Positions 54,018 to 64,000 of a stretch of DNA of 64,000 nt are shown here, in pieces. Source of the stretch: Mobula hypostoma. Its lineage: Eukaryota. The notes under the pieces are model-generated. The model was given only the letters and a program-made list of their open reading frames with translations. It searched no databases and was not told the origin of the DNA. The DNA lies in assembly GCF_963921235.1 (NCBI RefSeq), contig NC_086097.1, positions 124,000,001 to 124,064,000 on the forward strand. The letters run 5' to 3'. Both the position numbers and the translations under genes were made by a program. Numbering within the stretch: position 1 is the first letter of the stretch; each line of letters begins with the position of its first letter.

Positions 54018-55058
54018 ACACACAAACAAGAGAAAATCTGCAGATGCTGGAAATCCAAGTGACACACACAAAATGCTGGAGGAACTAAGCAGGCCAGGCA
54101 GCATCAATGGAAAAGAGTAGAGTCGATGTTTGGGGCCGAGACCCTTCATCAGGACTGGAGAAAAAAAATAGCTAGAAGGTGGGGGGGGGGAGGGGAGGAA
54201 GGAACACAAGGTGATAGATGAAACTGAGGGGGGGGTGAAGTAAAAAGCTGGGAAGTTGATTGGTGAAAGAGATACAAGGCTGGAGAAGGGAGAATCTAAT
54301 AGGAAAGGGCAGAAGGCCATGGAAAAGAGTGGGGCGATGGGCAGGCAAGGAGATAAGGTGAGGGGGGGGACATTACCGGAAGTTTGAGAAATCAGTGTTC
54401 ATGCCATCAGGTTGGAGGCTACCCGGATGGAACATAAGGTGTTGCTCCTCCAACCTGAGTGTGGTCTCATCACAACAGTAGAGGAGGCCATGGATGGACA
54501 TGTCGGAATAGGAACGGGAAGTGGAATTAAAATGGGGGGCCACTGGGAGGTCCCAATTTTTCTGGCGGATGAAGCGTAGCTGCTCAGTGAAGCGGTACCC
54601 CAATCTATGTTGGGTCTCACCGATAGACAAGAGGCCACACCAGGAGCACTGGATGCAACAGAAGACCCTAACAGACTCACAGGTGAAGTGTTGCCTCGTC
54701 TGAAACAACTGTTTGGGACCCTGAATGGTAGTGCGGGAGGAAGTGTTGAGGCAGGTGTTGCATTTGTTCTGCTTACAAGGGTAAGTGCCAGGAGGGGGAT
54801 CAGTGGGGAGGGATGAATGGACAAGGGAGTCACGTAGAGACTGATCTATGTGGAAATCAACTCCCTAGCTCTTTACTTCATCCCTCCCAGTTTTACCTAG
54901 CAGGTTGTGTTTCTCCCTTCCCTCCCCCACCTTCTAGCTCTGATTCCTCATCTTCTTTTTCTCCAGCCCTGTTCAAGGATCTCGGCCCCAAACTTCGACT
55001 GTACTCTTTTCCATAGATGCTGCCTGGCTTGCTGAGTTCCTCCAGCATTTTGTGTGTG
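54018..55058. mobile_element. Penelope-like element (minus 54018-54860) with inverted terminal segment (plus 54860-55058)
   Basis: GIY-YIG ORF at 54373-54708; the terminal repeat appears at both ends in opposite orientation. Confidence 0.85.
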
Positions 55059-56385
55059 AGGCCAGGTCCATAGGTTAGTTTCCTAAATTGGAGTAAGTCT
55101 AATTTTAGGGACGTTTGGAGGAATCCAGCAGAGGTTGATTGGGTGAGCCTGTTTGAAGTGAAAGGAATGAATGGTACCTGGGAGGCTTTCAAGAGTGTGA
55201 TATCAAGAGTCCAGTGCAGCATGCTCCTGTTAGAGTAAAGGGTAGACCTGGCAAGTTTAAGAAACTGATTGATGAGAGTTATTGATGTTTGTAACAAATA
55301 AAGCTAATCTATGGTGAAGAAAACAAAGGAAGCATACGTTTGGTTTAGGAGGTTGGGAACCATAGATTAGCTTTATTTGATGACTATTAAAAGATGAAGA
55401 ATAAGTTACTATTCCTGGGTGTTACTCTGAAATAGTAACACCCAGGAATTTAAAGTTGCGAATCCTGTCCACCTCTGATCCTTCGATGAGGATTGGCTCA
55501 TGGGCCTCTGGTTTCCCTCTTCTAAAGTGTATACTTAGTTCCTTGCTTTTCGTTAGTCACTGCTAAAGTTCCTGAAGACTGGACTCTTGCAAAGCCATTC
55601 TGACTATCCCTAATCAGTCTATGCTTCTCCAGATGCTTGTAAGTCATGACTCTAAGAATCCTCTCCAACAGTTTGCCCACCGCCAGTATAAGACTCTCTG
55701 CTCTATACAATTCACAGGATTATCCCAGTTACTTGTTTTGAACAAAAGAATAATGTTTGTCATTCTTCATTCTTCTGATACTACTCCTGTGGTCAATGAA
55801 GATGCAAAGATCATCACCAAAGGCACCGCAATCTCTTCCCTCACTTCCTGTAGTAACATGGGGTATATCCTGTCGGGCCTCAAAGGCTTATCTGTCCCGA
55901 TATTTTTCAAAAGTTCCAGTACATCTTCTTTTCTTAACATCAATACAGTATATTCCAGCACATTAGCTTATTCTACACTGTCCTTGCATTTGTCATTACC
56001 TCTCTCGCTGGTGAACACTGAAGCAAAGCAAAATTGGAGAGAAACAAGAGTGGCTAGATGAAATTAAAAGAAGGCATAAATTTTGGTGTAAAAAGATTTA
56101 AAACAGGAAATCCTTAGAAGTTTCTCAGTATTATTATCATATAACTGTATTATGGAACCTAAAAGCTGAATGCCCTATTCATTTGTTTTAATTTTTAACA
56201 ATAAATCTGCAAAAGTGTTAAGCAAAGGTACCTTAAATATGTTTCCTTTTTATTGGTTTGAAGAAATAGTTTGTTCATTTTTTTGTTCCTTGTACTTATT
56301 TTCCTAGTGTGAACTGCCACTTATGTGCACAAAGAACTTTCTTAATTTTCTAGTATTCAAACATTTTTTTGTATTCTTTCCAGCC

Positions 56386-56525
56386 ATGAGCTCCGAATCA
56401 GCTAGCTCCCTAATGTACCAAGGAACCACCAAGAGATATAACTTACCGGTTGAACACCTGGATTACAACTATATAGAAAAATGCACCGATGTGAAGTATC
56501 TGGAAAAGATTTTGGTAGTGTTGAG
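56386..56525 (+). CDS. SPAG1: SPAG1 first coding exon
   Basis: Encodes MSSESASSLMYQGTTKRYNLPVEHLDYNYIEKCTDVKYLEKILVVLR; tttccag acceptor at 56383 and AG|gtac donor. Confidence 0.93.
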
Positions 56526-58214
56526 GTACACACTCATGACAGCTTTCCTATTTTGAAATATTTGCACAATGTTGCCAGATATGCATATTAATAAACACTC
56601 TCAGAAATGAAGATCAATGTTGATTCTTTTGAATATCTACAAGTATTTCTGTAGATTTATAAATATGGATATTATTAAATTTCCTGAACTCTAAACATAA
56701 TTGTTCATTTATATTATATGTTGTATTGCAGAAAGGTAATTGTAATGCTCAATAATTTAATCAAGGTTACTACGTTGTTAAAGCCAAAAAAAAAACTGGA
56801 AGTGTTAGAAATCTGAAATGAAAACACAGTATCATAGAAACACTCAGGCATCATCTGTGGAAAGAGGAACAGAGTGAAAGTTTCAGGTTGAATACCTTTC
56901 AGAACCATAAAGTTCTTCAATTAGAAATATTAACTGTTTCTCTTTCCACAGATGCTTGTGAGCTATTGAGTGTTTCCAGAAATTTCTGTTTTTTAAAAAA
57001 AAAAATCCTATAGATCAGAATCTGGTTTATCATCACTGACATTAGCCATGAAATTTTTTTTTTGTGGCAGCAGTACAATGCAGGCATAACAAATTACTAT
57101 AAGTTAACAACAAAAACAAATACTGTAGTGCAAAAGTGGAATAGAGGTTGTGTTCATAGACTGTTCAGAAATCTGATGGCAGAGGGAGAGAAGTGGTTTC
57201 TAAGTACTAAATGTGGGTCTTCACGCTCCTTCCTGTACCTCCACTCTGTTGGTAGTAATGAGAAGAGGGCATGCCCCGAAAGGTGAGGGTCCTTAATGAT
57301 GGATGCCACCTTCTTGAGGCACCACCTTTGGATGAGTAGGGATGCTTGTGCCTGTGATGAAGTTGTCTGAGTGTATAACCCTCTGAAATCTCTTACATTC
57401 CTGTGCATTGGCACTTCCATACCAGATGGTGATGCAGCTAGTAAGAATGCTTGCAATGGTGCATCTGTAGAAATTTACTGAGTAGTGCCTAAGAACAATT
57501 GCGATGCTTGGTTTTGTAGAACTTGTTGGAAAATTGTGATGAATGAGTTTTCAGCCTTAATATAATGTCAGCTGTTTACCAATAGATATTTCAAAGTTCA
57601 AAGTAAATTTATCGCCAAAGTACGTACACGGCACAATACACTACCATGAGTTCCATTTTCTTGTGGGCATTCACTGTAGAACAAAGAAATACAATAGATC
57701 AATGAAAAACTACACCTAAAGACTGACAAGCAACTGATGTGCAAAAGAAGACAAATTGTGCAAATACAAAAAGAAACAAATAATAATAAATAGGAAATAA
57801 ATAATGCTGAGAACATGAGTTGTAGAGGCCCTTAAAGTAAGTCCATAAGTTGTGGAATCAGTTCACAGCTGAACTGAGTGACATTTTCCATGCTAGTTCA
57901 GAATAATATATGCTCCTAAGCCTTGTGATGTGGGACTTAAGACTCCTGTACCTCTTGCCCAAAGGCAGCAGCGAGTAGTGAGCATGACCTGGATGGTGGG
58001 GTCCTTGACAATGAATGCTTCTTTCCTGTGGTAGCACTCCTTATAGGTGTGTTTAGTTGTGGAGAGAGTTTTTCCTGTGACGGATTGGGCTGTATTCAGT
58101 ACTTGTTGGCTTTTTGTTCCCATTTTCCTGTCTTCTATTCTTAAGTGTTAAAGCAATTTTTGCAGCAGCTAGTTTTTCATTCAGGACCTCAAATTCTTGC
58201 TCCCTCTGTTCAAG

Positions 58215-58374
58215 GTCGGGTGACGAGGGGTATTATCCTGATCTGACAGCATTTTGTGAAAAAAGAGTTCAAGAGATGGATCCCAGAAGTCGAGCCCTTC
58301 GTAAAAACAATTTACCGGCAACTGCTGCAGACTTCAATAAAGAAGAGTGGCAGGAAATTACCACAGATTTTAAG
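58215..58374 (+). CDS. SPAG1: SPAG1 second coding exon (gene continues beyond the window)
   Basis: Encodes SGDEGYYPDLTAFCEKR...SRALRKNNLPATAADFNKEEWQEITTDFK; 160 nt, phase-compatible with the previous exon. Confidence 0.93.
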
Positions 58375-59156
58375 GTATAAACTTTCTTTAAATGAGTAAC
58401 AAATAGGCATTTAACTGAGATTGAAAAACTTAATAAATTTAAGTAGAGTTTACTGTAATTACTTGCCTAGCAAAATCAATTGATTAGTGTGATTGCTTTA
58501 GAGAAATATCTTGCTAATTTTGTAAATGAGATTTTAAAATACAGTTAGAGCAACTATTTGAGATGTGCTCTGTTTTCAGACTGAATTCTGTTTAGTTTGC
58601 AAATTAGTTATTATTGTTAGAGTACAATGTAATTATTTATATTCTGGTACTTCTGATACCTGAAGAAACAAGATTCTAACAATTTTAAATAACAATCATT
58701 TTATATTCTTATGTAATTATTTATTAAAAGTTGAGTAAAATATTTACCATATATTTGGTTGTTGGATCCCTTGAGATAAGTAGCTAACCTTTAGTTTGGG
58801 TGTTGACTAAGCTGTTGTGGGAATTACAAGCCTTTTCAGGGTTCACTTCAAATGGTTGAGAGAAGTCATACAGAACTAATGCAGGAAATCACACTAGTCA
58901 TGATCATGGATGATAGCTGGAAACCGAATGTCCTTCCAGCCAAGAGGATAACAAAGGATTCAGAGACAATTGTGGTGAATAGTGTGAGATATAAGAGATC
59001 AACAGAAAAAAAGACAGTCTTAATTATCACTTTGATTGAGATTTTATTAACGACGGATTATGAGATTGAAGTGCCAATGTTGTTGACAAAGAGCTGATTA
59101 AGGACAGGGGCTTCACTAGAAATTTAATAATATTTATACATTTTGACTTGGTATAG

Positions 59157-59586
59157 AGTCATAGAACACTCCAGCATAGAATTGGGCCATTTAGCCCATT
59201 AGGTCTGCTTCGCCATTCCATCACCGATTATTTATTATCCCACTCAACCCCATTCTCCTGCCTTCTCCCCATAACTTTTGATGCCCTAACTAATCAAGAA
59301 CCTATCACCTCCACTTTAATTGTGCTCAGTGACTTGGCCTCCATAACCATCTGTGGCAATAAATTCCACCAATTCACAATGCTCTAGCTGAAGAAATTCC
59401 TCTTTATCTCTGTTTCAAGTGGACACCCATCTATTCACAGTCTGTGCCCTCTGGTCCTAGACTCCCCCACCAGTAGAAACAATTCCTCCACATGCACTCT
59501 ATCTAGACCTTTTAATACTCGATAGGTTTTAATGAGATGCCGTCATTTTTCTAAATTCCAGCGAGTACAAGCCCAGAGCCATCAAA
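59157..59586 (-). mobile_element. Older CR1 LINE 3' part (continues at 62395-62595)
   Basis: The sequence ...gagccatcaaaca continues as ctcctcata... on the other side of the young insertion. Confidence 0.8.
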
Positions 59587-62394
59587 CATAGAAACATAGA
59601 AACATAGAAAATAGGTGCAGGAGTAGGCCATTCGGCCCTTCGAGCCTGCACCACCATTTATTATGATCATGGCTGATCATCCAACTCAGAACCCAGCCTT
59701 CCCTCCATACCCCCTGACCCCTGTAGCCACAAGGGCCATATCTAACTTCCTTTTAAACATAGCTAATGAACTGGCCTCAACAGTTTGCTGTGGCAGAGAA
59801 TTCCACAGATTCACCACTCTCTGTGTGAAGAAGTTTTTCCTAACCTCGGTCCTAAAAGGCTTCCCCTCTATCCTCAAACTGTGACCCCTCGTTCTAGACC
59901 TCCCCAACATCGGGAACAATCTTCCCGCATCTAGCCTGTCCAATCCCTTTAGGATCTTATACGTTTCAATCAGATCCCCCCTCAATCTTCTAAATTCCAA
60001 CGAGTACAAGCCCAGTTCATCCAGTCTTTCTTCATATGAAAGACCTGCCATCCCAGGAATCAATCTGGTGAACCTTCTTTGTACTCCCTCTATGGCAAAG
60101 ATGTCTTTCCTCAGATTAGGGGACCAAAACTGCACACAATACTCCAGGTGTGGTCTCACCAAGGCCTTGTACAACTGCAGTAGTACCTCCCTGCTCCTGT
60201 ACTCGAATCCTCTCGCTATAAATGCCAGCATACCGTTCGCCTTTTTCACCGCCTGCTGTACCTGCATGCCCACTTTCAATGACTGGTGTATAATGACACC
60301 CAGGTCTCGTTGCACCTCCCCTTTTCCTAATCGGCCACCATTCAGATAATAATCTGTTTTCCTATTTTTGCCACCAAAGTGGATAACTTCACATTTATCC
60401 ACATTAAATTGCATCTGCCATGAGTTTGCCCACTCACCCAACCTATCCAAGTCACCCTGCATCCTCTTAGCATCCTCCTCACTGCTAACACTGCCACCCA
60501 GCTTCGTGTCATCCGCAAACTTGGAGATGCTGCATTTAATTCCCTCATCCAAGTCATTAATATATATTGTAAACAACTGGGGTCCCAGCACTGAGCCTTG
60601 CGGTACCCCACTAGTCACCGCCTGCCATTCTGAAAAGGTCCCGTTTATTCCCACTCCTTGCTTCCTGTCTGCTAACCAATTCTCCACCCACACCAATACC
60701 TTACCCCCAATACCGTGTGCTTTAAGTTTGCACACTAATCTCCTGTGTGGGACCTTGTCAAAAGCCTTTTGAAAATCCAAATATACCACATCCACTGGTT
60801 CTCCCCTATCCACTCTACTAGTTACATCCTCAAAAAATTCTATGAGATTCGTCAGACATGATTTTCCTTTCACAAATCCATGCTGACTTTGTCCGATCAT
60901 TTCACCGCTTTCCAAATGTGCTGTTATCACATCCTTGATAACTGACTCCAGCAGTTTCCCCACCACCGACGTTAGGCTAACCGGCCTATAATTCCCCGGT
61001 TTCTCTCTCCCTCCTTTTTTAAAAAGTGGGGTTACATTAGCCACCCTCCAATCCTCAGGAACTAGTCCAGAATCTAACGAGTTTTGAAAAATTATCACTA
61101 ATGCATCCACTATTTCTTGGGCCACTTCCTTAAGCACTCTGGGATGCAGACCATCTGGCCCTGGGGATTTATCTGCCTTCAATCCCTTCAATTTACCTAA
61201 CACCACTTCCCTACTAACATGTATTTCGCTCAGTTCCTCCATCTCACTGGACCCTCTGTCCCTTACTATTTCTGGAAGATTATTTATGTCCTCCTTAGTG
61301 AAGACAGAACCAAAGTAATTATTCAATTGGTCTGCCATGTCCTTGCTCCCCATAATCAATTCACCTGTTTCTGTTTGCAGGGGACCTACATTTGTCTTTA
61401 TCAGTCTTTTCCTTTTTACATATCTATAAAAGCTTTTACAGTCCGTTTTTATGTTCTCTGCCAGTTTTCTCTCATAATCTTTTTTCCCCTTCCTAATTAA
61501 GCCCTTTGTCCTCCTCTGCTGAACTCTGAATTTCTCCCAGTCCTCAGGTGAGCCACTTTCTCTGGCTAATTTGTATGCTTCTTCTTTGGAATTGATACTA
61601 TCCCTAATTTCTCTTGTCAGCCACGGGTGCACTACCTTCCTTGATTTATTCTTTTGCCAAACTGGGATGAACAATTGTTGTAGTTCATCCATGCAACCTT
61701 TAAATGCCTGCCATTGCATATCCACCGTCAATCCTTGAAGTGTCATTTGCCAGTCTATCTTAGCTAATTCACGTCTCATACCTTCAAAGTTACCCCTCTT
61801 TAAGTTCAGAACCTTTGTTTCTGAATTAACTACGTCACTCTCCATGTTAATGAAGAATTCCACCATATTATGGTCACTCTTACCCAAGGGGCCTCTCACG
61901 ACAAGATCGCTAATTAACCCTTCCTCATTGCTCAAAACCCAGTCCAGAATAGCCTGCACGCTAGTCGGTTCCTCGACATGTTGGTTCAAAAAACCATCCC
62001 GCATACATTCCAAGAAATCCTCTTCCTCAGCACCTTTACCAATTTGGTTCACCCAGTCTACATGTAGATTGAAGTCACCCATTATAACTGCTGTTCCTTT
62101 ATTGCACACATTTCTAATTTCCTGTTTAATACCATCTCCGACCTCTCTACTACTGTTAGGTGGCCTGTACACAACTCCCACCAGCGTCTTCTGCCCCTTA
62201 GTGTTACGCAGCTCTACCCATATCGATTCCACATCTTCCCGGCTTATGTCCTTCCTTTCTATTGCGTTAATCTCTTTTTTAACCAGCAACGCCACCCCAC
62301 CTCCCCTTCCTTCATGTCTATCCCTCCTGAATATTGAATATCCCTGAACGTTGAGCTCCCATCCCTGGTCACCCTGGAGCCATGTCTCTGTGAC
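59587..62394 (-). mobile_element. Young CR1-clade LINE, 5'-truncated, with uninterrupted ORF2 (APE endonuclease + RT)
   Basis: About 900 open codons with TETWL, GDFN, SDH, QGSVLGP and FADD motifs; (TTTCTATG)n 3' tail. Confidence 0.95.
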
Positions 62395-62595
62395 ACTCCT
62401 CATAACCTTTTCATTCCCAGGATCATTCTTGAATCCCTTCTCTGGACCCTCTCCATCCTTTCTTCGATAGGCCCAAAACTGCTTACAATACGCCAAGTGC
62501 ATTCTGACCCATTCTTTGTAAAGCTTCAGCATCACATCCTTGCTCATATATTCTAGTCCTCTCGAAATAAATGCTAATATTACATTTGCCTTCCT

Positions 62596-62952
62596 TATCA
62601 ACTCAACATGGTTTCCTTAAGGGGAAATCTTGCCTGATGAATCTTTTGGAATTCTTTGATGAAGTAACTGGCAGGATAGACAAAGAGTCAGTGGATGTTG
62701 TTTACTTCGATTTTCAGAAGGATTTTGATAAGGTGCTGCACATGGGTCTGCTTACCAAGGTAAGAGCCAAGATAAAAAGTGGGAGTAAATGGGGCCTTTT
62801 CTGGTTGGCTGCTAATGACTAGTGATGTTCTACAGGGGTTGGTATTGGGACCGCTTCTTTTCACACTATACTGTGTGTCAGCAATTTGGATTATGGAATT
62901 GATGGCTTTGTGGCCAGGTTTGCAGATGATACAACAATAGGTAGAGTAGCAT
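62596..62952 (+). mobile_element. CR1 RT fragment inverted relative to the adjacent CR1
   Basis: Encodes QHGFLKGKSCLMNLLEFFDEVT through the FADD region. Confidence 0.8.
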
Positions 62953-64000
62953 CACACATCAAAGTTGCTGGTGAATGCAGCAGGCCAGGCAGCATCTCTA
63001 GGAAGAGGTACAGTTGACGTTTCAGGCCGAGACCCTTCATCAGGATTAACTGAAGGAAGAGCTCGTAAGAGATTTGAAAGTGGGAGGGAGAGAGGGAGAT
63101 CCAAAATGATAGGAGAAGACAGGAGGGGGAGGGATGGAGCCAAGAGCTGGACAGGTGATTGGCAAAGGGGATATGAGAGGATCATGGGATAGGAGGTCCG
63201 GAGAGAAAGACGGGGGGGGGGAACCCAGAGGATGGGCAAGGGGTATAGTCAGAGGGACAGAGGGAGAAAAAGGAGAGAGAGAGAAAGAATGTGTGTATAT
63301 AAATAAATAACAGATGGGGTACGAGGGGGAGGTGGGGCATTAGCGGAAGTTAGAGAAGTCAATGTTCATGCCATCAGGTTGGAGGCTACCCAGACGGAAT
63401 ATAAGGTGTTGTTCCTCCAACCTGAGTGTGGCTTCATCTTTACAGTAGAGGAGGCCGTGGATAGACATGTCAGAATGGGAATGGGATGTGGAATTAAAAT
63501 ATGTGGCCACTGGGAGATCCTGCTTTCTCTGGTGGACAGAGCGTAGGTGTTCAGCAAAGCGGTCTCCCAGTCTGCTTCGGGTCTCGCCAATATATAAAAG
63601 GCCACTTCGGGAGCACCCGACGCAGTATATCACCCCAGCCGACTCATAGGTGAAGTGTTGCCTCACCTGGAAGGACTGTCTGGGGCCCTGAATGGTGGTA
63701 AGGGAGGAAGTGTAAGGGCATGTGTAGCACTTGTTCCGCTTACAAGAATAAGTGCCAGGAGGGAGATCAGTGAGGAGGGATGGGGGGGACGAATGGACAA
63801 GGGAGTCGCGTAGTGAGCGATCCCTGCGGAAAGCAGAGAGAGGGGAGGAGGGAAAGATGTGTTTAGTGGTGGGATCCCGTTGGAGGTGGCGGAAGATATG
63901 GAGAATAATATGTTGGACCCGGAGGCTGGTGGGGTGGTAGAATATGTTGGACCTATCCACGGCCTCCTCTACTGTAAAGATGAAGCCACACTCAGGTTGG
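62953..64000 (-). mobile_element. Penelope-like element (GIY-YIG endonuclease ORF 63340-63940, terminal repeat, inverted segment from ~63954)
   Basis: GVIYCVGC...LLYIGETRSRLGDRFAEH with an upstream CxxxxCxxC motif. Confidence 0.9.
63011..63052 (-). ncRNA. Hammerhead ribozyme core in the Penelope terminal repeat
   Basis: CTGATGA-AGG-gtctcgg-CCT-GAAACGTC core is intact, but stem I is mismatched. Confidence 0.6.

Noticed and set aside
60068-62347. Plus-strand ORFs inside the young CR1
   Set aside because: They are antisense shadows of ORF2 with no independent support.
59686-62601. 971-aa ORF as a host gene or complete autonomous LINE ORF2
   Set aside because: It is a retrotransposon chimera: the N-terminus comes from an older copy and the true endonuclease start is truncated.

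Overview
Vertebrate genomic DNA. It is probably from a cartilaginous fish (ray or shark), inferred from protein divergence and the repeat landscape. Three host genes are reconstructable from splice signals, in the same order as human 8q22: FBXO43/Emi2 (minus strand, 4 coding exons, 654 aa), POLR2K (plus strand, 3 coding exons, 58 aa, last intron U12-type) and the first two coding exons of SPAG1 (plus strand). The rest is dense with transposons: CR1-type LINEs (one young copy with about 900 open codons), an RTE LINE, Rex/Babar-like fragments, Penelope-like GIY-YIG elements in fold-back arrangements, an IR/DR Tc1, MITEs, tRNA-SINEs and Gypsy remnants. The most notable hidden signal is a minimal type I hammerhead ribozyme (consensus CAGTC-CTGATGA-AGGGTCTCGGCCC-GAAACGTC-GACTG) in the abundant Penelope-terminal short repeat. 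It is present in about 10 intact-to-degenerate copies, one of them sense within the FBXO43 pre-mRNA. Other signals are a CPE/PBE translational code in the Emi2 3'UTR, an RFX X-box and E2F/CHR module at SPAG1, and a perfect 45-bp hairpin in a POLR2K intron. All analysis was by eye, and repeat boundaries are approximate.
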